Part shown: positions 37,274 through 45,717 of the stretch, in pieces
Layout of the letters: each line of letters starts with the position of its first letter
Numbering within the stretch: position 1 is the first letter of the stretch
IMG/VR virus record: IMGVR_UViG_3300031951_000234
Location: 1-51,591 of that record
Direction: 5' to 3' (one strand)
DNA length: 51,591 nucleotides
Source: a virus
Taxonomy: Duplodnaviria; Caudoviricetes
The notes under the pieces: generated by a model
What the model was told of the DNA's origin: nothing
Database searches by the model: none
Seen by the model: only the letters and a program-made list of their open reading frames with translations
Made by a program: the position numbers and the translations under genes

Positions 37274-37636
37274 ATGCCATGCAACTCAGACCATCTTGAG
37301 GCGACCCACCTTGAGGCCGAGATGAGCAAGGTCGCTTGCCTGCTGGACGAACTTGACGGAAAGAAGCGAATAAATCGCGACCACTGGCGCGGCTACCACC
37401 CTCGCGTCTACAGTCAGCGGGTGAACGCCGACGAAATGACGGCCGAACTATGCTCGCGCCTTCAGGGCGTGAACGTTTCACAGTGCAGCCTTGAGATGCA
37501 GATTTGGTGGCGCGACCATCAAGAGGCAGACAAGAGGCGAGCCGAGAAAGCGATCAAGAAGGCCAAGACCGAGAAGCAGAAAAAAGCGGCACTCGCGAAA
37601 CTGACTCAGCATGAGCGGAAACTGTTGGGGCTTTGA
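37274..37636 (+). CDS. Cassette gene C: hypothetical protein
   Basis: MPCNSDHL..LC..L..WWRDHQEAD..ALAKLT..ERKLLGL; ATG 3 nt after attC3. Confidence 0.75.
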   Translation: MPCNSDHLEATHLEAEMSKVACLLDELDGKKRINRDHWRGYHPRVYSQRVNADEMTAELCSRLQGVNVSQCSLEMQIWWRDHQEADKRRAEKAIKKAKTEKQKKAALAKLTQHERKLLGL

Positions 37637-37642
37637 TGGGAT

Positions 37643-37685
37643 TGCGAACCAGAATTAGTCCGCCAGTTCGCAGCCTAATTCGGAC
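37643..37685 (-). mobile_element. attI-like / secondary cassette insertion site
   Basis: Core GTTCGCA (minus) exactly complementary to attC3 R''; not followed by an attC fold; nested short inverted repeats. Confidence 0.55.
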
Positions 37686-37736
37686 GAAGGTGCGGCTTTC
37701 GGCCGCAAGAACGATGCGACGGCGGGGAAACAGGAA

Positions 37737-37880
37737 ATGACCACCATCCGCGAGTGGCTGATCGACCTGGCGTTTCTGCGCATCGGCATCGTGCCGCTCG
37801 TGGGCGTAGTGTTGTGTGTCGGCATGATTGTCGGCCTGTGCATCGCAGCCGTGCGGTGCCAGCCGCCGGAGGATTTATGA
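37737..37880 (+). CDS. Small membrane protein (47 aa)
   Basis: MTTIREWLIDLAFLRIGIVPLVGVVLCVGMIVGLC; RBS CAGGA. Confidence 0.55.
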   Translation: MTTIREWLIDLAFLRIGIVPLVGVVLCVGMIVGLCIAAVRCQPPEDL

Positions 37881-38020
37881 GCACCCCGCTGATCCTCATC
37901 GTCGGCGTCGTCTACCTAGCGGTGGCCGTCGATCAGTTCCGCAAAGGCGACACCGGCATGGCGATCGCATGGTTCGGCTACGCCCTGGCAAACGTGGGCC
38001 TCGCTATGGTGGCAAAATGA
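37877..38020 (+). CDS. Small membrane protein (47 aa)
   Basis: LI..VG.VYL.V..DQF.KG..GM...WFGYALANVGL. Confidence 0.65.
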   Translation: MSTPLILIVGVVYLAVAVDQFRKGDTGMAIAWFGYALANVGLAMVAK

Positions 38021-38319
38021 AGACCGCGGTCGTGGATCTCGACGGCGTCCTGGCCGAGGAGCGGCCGGCGTTCGAGCACGCGCTGGCCGAGCCGCTGCCG
38101 GGGGCCGCCGAAGGCTTGAGGACGCTCAAGAGGCTGGGCTACCACGTCGTGATTCACACCGCCCGAGGATGGGGCGAGTACGCGATCACGACGCACTGGC
38201 TACAGGCGCACAGTATGGAGTATGATCTGCTGATCTGTGGCAAGCCGATCGCCGACATCGTCATCGACGACCGTGCCATTCGATTCCGGGGCTGGGAGGC
38301 TCTCACTGATGCCATCTGA
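38017..38319 (+). CDS. HAD-superfamily phosphatase (capsule-biosynthesis type)
   Basis: DLDGVL, HTARG, GKP.AD..IDDRA. Confidence 0.85.
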   Translation: MKTAVVDLDGVLAEERPAFEHALAEPLPGAAEGLRTLKRLGYHVVIHTARGWGEYAITTHWLQAHSMEYDLLICGKPIADIVIDDRAIRFRGWEALTDAI

Positions 38320-38848
38320 CACGGTTATTCGCCTGCGCCATCTGGTACACACATTCCTCCATCGCGACGTGCTGCCGTCGATCACGCAGGGCGATGCCGT
38401 GCTGGAGATCGGGCCGATGCACGCTGGGTCATGCCCGGTGCCAGAAGCCTTCGTGGACACGAAGGCCGCGGTGCTGGCGGCCGGCGGCGGATACACGTCG
38501 TGCGACCCAGACCCGGCGGCCGGCGCGACGATCTGTGCCGACTTCTTGGAGCCAACTGCGTTCTACGGCAACGAGCAGTTCGATCACATCGTCGCCTGCG
38601 AGGTGTTCGAGCACGTCCCGCGGGTGTGGGACGCGCCGGCCGTCCTGGCCGGGCTGCTCAAGCCCGGCGGCGTGCTCTGGCTCTCGACGCCGTTCATGTT
38701 TGAGAAGCACGGGCCGGCGCCTGACTGCTGGCGGTTCACCGACGACGGGCTGCGGGCGTTGTTCGGCAGGCACTTCTTCTTGGACGTGTGGGCCAGCGAC
38801 GGCCACGCCGAGCCGCTGCACTACTGTGCGAGGGCGGTGAAGCGATGA
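38309..38848 (+). CDS. Class I SAM-dependent methyltransferase
   Basis: VLEIGP, FD.IVACEVFEHV, LKPGG.L.LSTPF, DCWRFT. Confidence 0.88.
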   Translation: MPSDTVIRLRHLVHTFLHRDVLPSITQGDAVLEIGPMHAGSCPVPEAFVDTKAAVLAAGGGYTSCDPDPAAGATICADFLEPTAFYGNEQFDHIVACEVFEHVPRVWDAPAVLAGLLKPGGVLWLSTPFMFEKHGPAPDCWRFTDDGLRALFGRHFFLDVWASDGHAEPLHYCARAVKR

Positions 38849-39567
38849 GCATCATCTGCTGTTCCATGTGGTACGCCGACGCCGGAAAGCACATCGTCGA
38901 TCGCGTCCTGCACCTGTTCGGCAAGTCGGGCGTCGATCGGTGGATGTTCTCCGTCAGGCCGTCGAAGGACTGGACGCAGCACTTCCTGTCGCAACTGGCC
39001 GCTATGGCCGGCAAGGGCTGCGATGTGCTGCTTGAGGACTGGACGCAGCCGGAGGCCAGGATCGAGAGGCTGTCGCTGGCCGGTGACAACCTCCTGCAAG
39101 AGGCTGCCGAGACGGACTGCAAATATGTGCTGTGGCATGAGTCGGACTTGTTCTCACCGGACGACATCGTTGATCGCCTGAAGGCGGTCGATGGCGCAGC
39201 CGTTGGTGGCTGGCCGGTGCTGTCGCACTGCCCGTCCGCGCCGCAACTGGGCATCCACACGCGAAAGCGACTGACGCTAACCGAGTCGATGTTCTACGAC
39301 ACCTGGGGGTATCGGAAGGACGGCGTCCGCTTTGGCAACAAGCCACCACATCACGACTGCCACCTCCCAGGCGAGCCGTACCAGTTGGATAGCGTCGGCA
39401 GCGTGGTGCTGCTGCGAGCCGACTATCTGCGGCGCGGCGCACGCATGAACGGCAACGGCCTGGTCGGCCTCTGTGACAGCATCCGCGGCATGGGTGGCAC
39501 CGTGTGGTGCGACCCCCGAGTGCCGGTCGTGCAACCCCTTGAACTCTGGACTATGAACGATGACTAG
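38845..39567 (+). CDS. GT-A fold glycosyltransferase-like protein (Anp1/GT62-like)
   Basis: YVLWHESD, FYDTWGYR, LDSVGSVVL motifs. Confidence 0.6.
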   Translation: MSIICCSMWYADAGKHIVDRVLHLFGKSGVDRWMFSVRPSKDWTQHFLSQLAAMAGKGCDVLLEDWTQPEARIERLSLAGDNLLQEAAETDCKYVLWHESDLFSPDDIVDRLKAVDGAAVGGWPVLSHCPSAPQLGIHTRKRLTLTESMFYDTWGYRKDGVRFGNKPPHHDCHLPGEPYQLDSVGSVVLLRADYLRRGARMNGNGLVGLCDSIRGMGGTVWCDPRVPVVQPLELWTMNDD

Positions 39568-40387
39568 ACGACCTGAAATGGTGTGGCCCGTCGATCCCGA
39601 GTACCATGCGGATTACATCCGCATGGTCGAGCAGGGCCGCGCGGTGGCTGGCGACCTGACGGTCAGCATCGTCGCCATCGCCAGGAACGCGATGCCGCAC
39701 ATCACGAACACGCTGGCCCTGATCGACGAACTGCGGGCCGGCTGGAAGGCGTCGAACGTCTACATCTACGAGAACGATTCGGTGGACGGCACCGCCCAGG
39801 TGCTCGACGAGCACCTGGGCGTGGTCGTCGAGCACGATAGCCTGGGCGGCGAGGACGCCCGTGGCTTCGAGCCGGAGCGGACGATCAGGCTGGCCCACTG
39901 CCGCAACCGCTGCCTGGACAGGGGAGTCTCCAGAGGCTCCTCGGTGACGATCGTCCTCGACACAGACCCGCCTGGCGGCTTCAGCGTGGACGGCGTGTTC
40001 AATAGCGTTGCGTGGTTGGCCCAGAAGCGGAGCGAGCCGTCGGCGATGAAGGCCGGCGGGATGGCCTCCTACTCGCTGTTCAGGAGGCCCGACGGCGTGG
40101 CGCACTACGACGCTTGGGCGGCCCGCCCGCCGTCGTGGTGGCGGGATCGTAGGAACGAGATCGGCTTCCTCTGGTTCTCGTCGTTTCTGCCGCCCGTCGG
40201 CTCACCGCCCTGCCCGATGAACTCCGCGTTCGGCGGCCTGGGCGTCTACTGGACGGAGGCGATCCTGTCAGGCCGGTACGAGGGTGGCGACTGCGAGCAC
40301 GTCGCCCTGCATCGCAGCATGGCGAAGGCCGGCTGGCAGATGTTCCTGAACCCCGGCTGCCGCTATATCTCCGTCTGGGAAGAATGA
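39560..40387 (+). CDS. GT-A glycosyltransferase (GT69/CAP59-like)
   Basis: IARN, YENDSVDGT, LAHCRN, LDTD, YDAWA, SAFGGLGVY, DCEHV. Confidence 0.75.
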   Translation: MTRRPEMVWPVDPEYHADYIRMVEQGRAVAGDLTVSIVAIARNAMPHITNTLALIDELRAGWKASNVYIYENDSVDGTAQVLDEHLGVVVEHDSLGGEDARGFEPERTIRLAHCRNRCLDRGVSRGSSVTIVLDTDPPGGFSVDGVFNSVAWLAQKRSEPSAMKAGGMASYSLFRRPDGVAHYDAWAARPPSWWRDRRNEIGFLWFSSFLPPVGSPPCPMNSAFGGLGVYWTEAILSGRYEGGDCEHVALHRSMAKAGWQMFLNPGCRYISVWEE

Positions 40388-40689
40388 CCCCTCCATCGCG
40401 CCGGCGGATGACGCCGGAGGAACTTGCCGCATCCCTGGAGGGGGCAAACAGGAAGCGCAGGCTACGCCGCCGCTGGGCGTCCGACGCCAGCCTGGAGGAG
40501 TTGGCTGCGGAGTTCGGCGTCGTCGAGCCGGAGTTGCTCCGCATGGCCGAGGAACTTGGCCTCGGCCCGCGCGAGGCCGAGTGCTACCTCCCGAGCCAGG
40601 AAGAGATCCGCCTGGCCTGTTCCAGGCTGCGGGCTGGGTGGTCGGATGCAGAGCGTGAATCCCGCCTTTCGGGTAGGGGCGGCTGCTAG
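40384..40689 (+). CDS. HTH-like protein with PS.EEI....LRA.WSD.E motif
   Basis: Paralog of 33114-33455. Confidence 0.6.
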   Translation: MTPPSRRRMTPEELAASLEGANRKRRLRRRWASDASLEELAAEFGVVEPELLRMAEELGLGPREAECYLPSQEEIRLACSRLRAGWSDAERESRLSGRGGC

Positions 40690-40719
40690 AATGAGATATG
40701 CGACAGGACACGACAACTA

Positions 40720-40917
40720 ATGGCTGTCTCCGAGGTTCGACTGGTCGTCGCGCCACGCGAGGCGCGGCTGGTGCTCGTCCGAGACAACGAGGTTGTCGAG
40801 GAGGAACTCTGGAGGTTCGAGCGGGCGATGGGCCGCTCCGAAGCCGCGCAGGTCGTGAAAGCGGTCTTCGACTCGACATACGACTACATCAACTACGCGG
40901 TCAACGGTGACGATTGA
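40720..40917 (+). CDS. Hypothetical protein
   Basis: Operon-coupled ORF. Confidence 0.55.
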   Translation: MAVSEVRLVVAPREARLVLVRDNEVVEEELWRFERAMGRSEAAQVVKAVFDSTYDYINYAVNGDD

Positions 40918-41101
40918 AGATCACATCAACGACGTAAAGGAGTTGCAAAGCCGCTACGGCGACGACACGCCACCACTCATGTCGCGTGTGCCGGAGCCGC
41001 CGCCGAGTCACTGGGGGAAATTGACGAGCCAGAGCAGGACGCTCTCGCCGCAATACATCAAGTTCTTGAACAAGCACAAGGAGGTGCAGAATGGAAAATG
41101 A
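40907..41101 (+). CDS. Hypothetical protein
   Basis: Operon-coupled ORF. Confidence 0.5.
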   Translation: MTIEDHINDVKELQSRYGDDTPPLMSRVPEPPPSHWGKLTSQSRTLSPQYIKFLNKHKEVQNGK

Positions 41102-41369
41102 GGAAGACCTCTACGGCGCGGGGATGCCGATCCTTGAGAAGTTGAAACTTCTCGCCGAGTGGGCGCCGCTGATCGGCCGCCTCCAGGCCGTGATGGATGC
41201 CTCGACACCCGAGGAGCGTGCGCTGGCGATCGTCAAGACGCTCCAGTGGGCTGCGGGGAAGTCGGCGACCGAGATCGACGACGAGGCGCTGTTCCATCTG
41301 GAGGCCGTGCTCAAGTCGGAGGAGGGCAAGGCGTTCTTCGGCTGGGTCGTCGATAAGGTGCGCGGATGA
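41091..41369 (+). CDS. Hypothetical protein
   Basis: RBS AAGGAGG; 92 aa. Confidence 0.6.
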   Translation: MENEEDLYGAGMPILEKLKLLAEWAPLIGRLQAVMDASTPEERALAIVKTLQWAAGKSATEIDDEALFHLEAVLKSEEGKAFFGWVVDKVRG

Positions 41370-41623
41370 CGACGTTTCAGGCGGTCATGGCCGCCGCGGC
41401 CGTCATCACCGCAGCCGTCCCGCAGATCAAGCAGGCCGCCGGCTGGCTGCTGCGGCTGCCGACACCGACGCCGCCCGACCAGGCCGCTCCGTCGTACAGA
41501 GATGCCATCGCCAACCTGGCTGCCGTCAGGCTGCGGCTCAAGGCGACGGGGAAACTCGATGACGACCAGAAGCAGGCGATCGACGTGCTCACGCTTGCCT
41601 TGGTGGACGGGAGCGACGAATGA
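41366..41623 (+). CDS. Small membrane-anchored protein
   Basis: Hydrophobic N-terminus, Pro linker. Confidence 0.55.
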   Translation: MTTFQAVMAAAAVITAAVPQIKQAAGWLLRLPTPTPPDQAAPSYRDAIANLAAVRLRLKATGKLDDDQKQAIDVLTLALVDGSDE

Positions 41624-42102
41624 AGATCCCTGCGAGGTATGCCGTGGCAGCGGTGCTGTTGTTTTTCGCGTGGAAGGGTGCAGACCTGTCGCTGCCGTGG
41701 CCGCCGCCGCCGCACGACGAGGTCGCAGCCCCACGGCCCGAAAAGCCCCTGCTGGAGTGGGCCGAGCCGATGAGGGCCGTCCTGCCGAAGATGCTCCCGG
41801 CCGACCGCCGCTACATGGCTCGCTTCTACGACGCCTGCGCGTACATCATCCTCAAGGACGGCGACCGCCAAGTGCCGATCATCGGCACCACCGACCAGTT
41901 CGTGACATTCCACGGCGGCAGCCTACGCCTGGCGATCGAGAAGGCGAAGGTCGGGCAGTACCCCGGCCTCGCCGAGGCCATCGACCAGACGTTTGTGAAC
42001 GCGATGGGGGCCGACCCGAAGAAACTCGACCCCGACCCCCGCCGCCGGCTGGTTGCCGCCTGCGGCGTTCTCTCCTGGGTCTTCGGCATCGGCCATGAGT
42101 GA
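41620..42102 (+). CDS. Membrane-anchored / exported protein
   Basis: N-terminal signal/TM followed by Pro-rich linker. Confidence 0.6.
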   Translation: MKIPARYAVAAVLLFFAWKGADLSLPWPPPPHDEVAAPRPEKPLLEWAEPMRAVLPKMLPADRRYMARFYDACAYIILKDGDRQVPIIGTTDQFVTFHGGSLRLAIEKAKVGQYPGLAEAIDQTFVNAMGADPKKLDPDPRRRLVAACGVLSWVFGIGHE

Positions 42103-43093
42103 CTTCAGCCCACTCGACGCCTACTCCAGCGGCCTGATGGGCTGCCGGCCCAGCCCTAGGTCGGACGAGGAGTTCGCGGATCTGATTCTCCGTCGCGGCG
42201 GCGACCCCGACGGCGGCAGTGTGGCGCACCAATGGGAGTTCGCCGACGCTGGGAAGGGGAAGTTGACGCTGCTCTTCCCTCGCGTCATGGAGGTCTTCCC
42301 TGACTGCTTCCCAGGCCCGACGCAACTCCTCGGCGACTGTGTTGCGCGAGCGGCCTCAAACTGCCTGCTCACGTCGCTGGGCATGGAGATCGCCGACGGC
42401 AAGCCGGACGAGGTGACGGGCCACGTCGAGGGTGCGCCGGAACTGCCCGAGGCCGGCGTGAAGGCGGGGGTCGTCGCGGCCGAGAGTCTGTGGGCGTGGA
42501 GGGGGTACAACAGCGACGGCTGGATCTGCTCCGAGGCTGCCAAGGTGGCATCGAAGCAGGGGTTCCTGATCCGCAAGCCGTACCCGGAACTGAAGATCGA
42601 CCTGACGAAGTACACCGAGGACACGATCCGCCTGGGCGGCGCGAAGGTGCCGGGCGAGAAGTGGCTGGCCGAGTCGAGCAAGCACGTCGCCAGGACGGCG
42701 ACCTTCCTCAAAGGCCGCGAACAGGTGCGCGACTTCTTGGCGGCCGGGTATGGAGTTTTCCAGTGCTCGGCTCTTGGCTTCGAGCGGACGAGGAACGAGG
42801 ACGGCGTCAGCCGGCAGACGACCGTCTGGCACCACGCCCAACTCTGGCATGGCTATGACGACCGGCCGGAGACGATCCAGAAGTACGGTCAGGCTCTCGT
42901 CCTTTGGCAGAACTCCTGGGCGAGGTGGAACGACGGGCCGCGCCGCGTGCGCGGCACCGACATCGACATCCCGCATGGAGCCTACTGGGCCTTGGCGAGC
43001 ACGATCGACAAGTGCAACTGCATCGCCCTGTCCAGCGTGGCCGGCTGGCCGAAGCGGCAGCACACCACCTACGGAGCCGCTGGGAATGTGTGA
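42095..43093 (+). CDS. Papain-like (C1) cysteine peptidase
   Basis: Q..GDCV (oxyanion Q, catalytic C), WHHA...GYD (H), QNSW (N). Confidence 0.8.
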   Translation: MSDFSPLDAYSSGLMGCRPSPRSDEEFADLILRRGGDPDGGSVAHQWEFADAGKGKLTLLFPRVMEVFPDCFPGPTQLLGDCVARAASNCLLTSLGMEIADGKPDEVTGHVEGAPELPEAGVKAGVVAAESLWAWRGYNSDGWICSEAAKVASKQGFLIRKPYPELKIDLTKYTEDTIRLGGAKVPGEKWLAESSKHVARTATFLKGREQVRDFLAAGYGVFQCSALGFERTRNEDGVSRQTTVWHHAQLWHGYDDRPETIQKYGQALVLWQNSWARWNDGPRRVRGTDIDIPHGAYWALASTIDKCNCIALSSVAGWPKRQHTTYGAAGNV

Positions 43094-43097
43094 GCGG

Positions 43098-43397
43098 ATG
43101 CTAGTGGTGCTGATGGTCATCGTGTTCGCGGGCTGTAGGCCCGCCGAACACGATGACCTCCGTCCATTCGTAGCCGCGGCCGGCTACTACGCGGTCATGG
43201 AGTCGCAGGCCACGCCGACGCCTGCGCCACCGACCCCGAAGCCCGGCCCACGCACATGTGAGAATTGCAACGGCCTCGGGTATCTGACAGACGGCACCGT
43301 GCGAACGGTTTGCCCTGTTTGCAAGGGAAACAAAGTCATCAGCGGAGCAGTGCCATGCCAGAGCGGGACGTGTCGGTCGGTACTTATCGCCCGCTGA
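43098..43397 (+). CDS. Lipoprotein with DnaJ-type CxxCxGxG zinc finger
   Basis: Lipobox FAGC; CENCNGLG...CPVCKG. Confidence 0.65.
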   Translation: MLVVLMVIVFAGCRPAEHDDLRPFVAAAGYYAVMESQATPTPAPPTPKPGPRTCENCNGLGYLTDGTVRTVCPVCKGNKVISGAVPCQSGTCRSVLIAR

Positions 43398-43702
43398 AGG
43401 ATTACGTTCGTCGCCGCGGCGGCATACGTCTTTCCATGCACGGGGGGCTGCGCGAGCGTGTGGTCGAGGAGATCGTCGCCGCCTGGCCCGTCGGCTGCCC
43501 CGTCGAGCACCTAGAGGACGTTGTTCGTGCTCGAATCAGCATTAAGGTCAGGGAGAAGTATGGCAGCGTGATCGCCGTCATACTGCTCTCTGCCTTTATC
43601 AACGTGATCGTGCGTCTCGTCGTCGATTGGTGGCTGGAGCGACACTCGCATCGCGTTCTCATGCAGGGGTGGTCAGATGCCGCGAAGGGTGCCGACGTAT
43701 AG
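43370..43702 (+). CDS. Membrane protein with C-terminal TM
   Basis: YGSVIAVILLSAFINVIVRLVVDWW. Confidence 0.55.
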   Translation: MSVGTYRPLKDYVRRRGGIRLSMHGGLRERVVEEIVAAWPVGCPVEHLEDVVRARISIKVREKYGSVIAVILLSAFINVIVRLVVDWWLERHSHRVLMQGWSDAAKGADV

Positions 43703-43964
43703 GCCACCAGCGTTTCGCCGCAGGGACGAGGCGCGCCCCAGTTCCCACGAACGGGGGTACGGCTCGGCGGCGTGGAGGCGGCTGCGGCTACAGGTGATCG
43801 CCCGCGACGAGGGCGTCTGCCGCATCTGCGGTGGCGTTGTCACGGGCCGGGGTGACGTTGACCACATCGTGCCGAAGGCGGCCGGCGGCACCGACGCGCT
43901 GGAGAATCTCCAGTACGTTCATGCCGCCTGCCACTCACGCAAGACGGTCAGCGAGAGTCGGTAG
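43677..43964 (+). CDS. HNH endonuclease (terminase-associated type)
   Basis: RGYG..W.RLR..V..RD...C..CG, VDHI.P...GG....NLQ..H..CHSRKT. Confidence 0.92.
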   Translation: MPRRVPTYRPPAFRRRDEARPSSHERGYGSAAWRRLRLQVIARDEGVCRICGGVVTGRGDVDHIVPKAAGGTDALENLQYVHAACHSRKTVSESR

Positions 43965-44235
43965 CCTTCCTGGCGTTCTTTGCCTTCGCTGATCCGCCGG
44001 CCGCGCCCCACTCCCGCACCTTGGCCTGGTGCGCCTCGGAATAGTAGGGGTAATAGAACTGCTTCAGCGTGTCGAGCATCGATCGCTTGATGTAGTTCCT
44101 CCCCAGCACCTCGACCACGCACTCATGCCCGGCCTCCCTGGCCCGGTCGATCGCCCGATAGAAGGTTCGCCTGGGCGCGCCGATCTCGGCGGCCGCCTGC
44201 GGCACGGTCATGTAGTCATTCGTGTCGATTTTCAT
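43948..44235 (-). CDS. HTH DNA-binding protein
   Basis: MTVPQAAAEIG..RRTFYR. Confidence 0.65.
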   Translation of the reverse strand: MKIDTNDYMTVPQAAAEIGAPRRTFYRAIDRAREAGHECVVEVLGRNYIKRSMLDTLKQFYYPYYSEAHQAKVREWGAAGGSAKAKNARKATDSR

Positions 44236-44504
44236 CGTCGCACCACTCCTATCACGCTGTCTGCCAGATCCACGAAAGCCTCGCCGACACGCCGCAGCGG
44301 TCGCTGCGGCTCCTGCTGGATGACGACCGGCTGCCACACGGGCTGCGGCGCCGGTTGCCACGCAGGGGGATACTGCGTTGCCACGCTCGGGGGCGGCGCC
44401 TGCCGCTCCGCGAGAATCTCGCGGAGCAGGCACACGACGACGACGACGAGCACGGCCCGCCAAGTGTCACGAACCATGCCAAGTATAGGCTGGATAGTTT
44501 GCAT
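44232..44504 (-). CDS. Membrane protein with Pro/Gln repeats
   Basis: TM segment; WQP repeats. Confidence 0.55.
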   Translation of the reverse strand: MQTIQPILGMVRDTWRAVLVVVVVCLLREILAERQAPPPSVATQYPPAWQPAPQPVWQPVVIQQEPQRPLRRVGEAFVDLADSVIGVVRR

Positions 44505-44507
44505 GGT

Positions 44508-44795
44508 CTACTCCGGTTTGGCGGGGCCGACGCCGCAGGCGACGGCCTTGGCGGCGATCTCGTCGGCTCGGGCGTCGAGTTTCCTGGCCCGAATGCGCAA
44601 CTCGACCGCGCAGGCGGCGAGAGCCTCGGCCTCGGTGGCCGCGATGTGTTCGTGGCCTCGCAGCACCTCGTTGCCGTAACTGCGGCGCAGCAGGCGATGC
44701 TCGGCAGAGATCACCGTCGCTCTGTTCACGATCGCCTCGTCATTGACCGACACGAACGAGACGTACACGTCCTGACCGTCGAGCAACTGCATCAT
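44508..44795 (-). CDS. Hypothetical early protein
   Basis: RBS AAGGAGG on minus strand. Confidence 0.6.
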   Translation of the reverse strand: MMQLLDGQDVYVSFVSVNDEAIVNRATVISAEHRLLRRSYGNEVLRGHEHIAATEAEALAACAVELRIRARKLDARADEIAAKAVACGVGPAKPE

Positions 44796-44834
44796 CGGAT
44801 CGTCCTCCTTGTGGCACTTGTTGTGGTCTGTAGT

Positions 44835-45026
44835 CTATCGTCCTTCTTCGCCCTTGCGCTTCCGTTTTTTCGCCGCTCGCTTCCGCCGCCGCATCTCCTC
44901 CAGTTCGCGGACGGCGGCCTGGGCGACCCGGTTCTGGGCCTCGACGGCGGCCTCGCGGCTGGCGAGGCCGGAATCGACGAGGAACGAGAGCCAGCCGGCT
45001 TCGTAGTCGGTGATTCTGTTGGTCAT
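44835..45026 (-). CDS. Basic hypothetical protein
   Basis: MTNRITDYEAGW; Lys/Arg-rich tail. Confidence 0.55.
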   Translation of the reverse strand: MTNRITDYEAGWLSFLVDSGLASREAAVEAQNRVAQAAVRELEEMRRRKRAAKKRKRKGEEGR

Positions 45027-45271
45027 CAGCAACCGGACATGGCTGCCCGCTCCTCGATGTGGTGCGCCAGTTTTGAAATCTCCTCGTCGCTCCAGTTCGC
45101 CGCCCCGGACGCCTTGATGCCTCGAAGGGCATCGCGATCCGCGACTGGGCCGAAGCCGCCGCGTGCCATCGGCACTTCGTGTTCCTGCCATTTGTTGAAC
45201 ACGACGGCATTCCTGCCGTCTATGATCCGCACCTCGGTGTTTCTGATCGTCAGCATTTCGCTCTTCTTCAT
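45026..45271 (-). CDS. Hypothetical early protein
   Basis: GAGGAG RBS + ATG MKKSEML. Confidence 0.6.
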   Translation of the reverse strand: MKKSEMLTIRNTEVRIIDGRNAVVFNKWQEHEVPMARGGFGPVADRDALRGIKASGAANWSDEEISKLAHHIEERAAMSGC

Positions 45272-45342
45272 CGTCCTCTCCTCGTTTCGCCGCTCGGGGT
45301 TTCTACGCTCCGGGGTGGCGGCTGGCCGCCGGGGCGCGGGGT

Positions 45343-45654
45343 TCACTTACGCTTCTTCGCAGCCGCCTTCTTCTTCGGCTGCTGCTCCACTGGCGTGGCA
45401 CAGCAGAAGTCTGCCGCGTTGACCGCCAGGATCACCTCGTCGTCGCCACTCTCGCCCGTCTGCTGCCAAGCGCAGCACTCCTCGCTCCAGATTTCCGAGT
45501 ACCCTGCCGGAATGTCCTCCGCGTAGACGCACAGCATCCGCCGCCGCGCCATCGCGTTGACGATTGCCGCGCAGTCGTGGGTCGTCAGTTCAATCGTCTT
45601 GCCGTTCGCCAGTTTGCACTGGAGTTTCGTCGTCGTCGTCACCTTGCTAGCCAT
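45343..45654 (-). CDS. Hypothetical early protein
   Basis: GAGGAG RBS; 103 aa. Confidence 0.6.
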   Translation of the reverse strand: MASKVTTTTKLQCKLANGKTIELTTHDCAAIVNAMARRRMLCVYAEDIPAGYSEIWSEECCAWQQTGESGDDEVILAVNAADFCCATPVEQQPKKKAAAKKRK

Positions 45655-45717
45655 CTTCGCTCTCCTCTGGTTTCGCCGGCCGGGGCTGGCTGGGGTTCGG
45701 GTTGCTACGATCTGGGG

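Noticed and set aside
37643-37685. A fourth attC site
   Set aside because: Has a core box but no L'/L'' arms or extrahelical bases at attC spacing; treated as the insertion site instead
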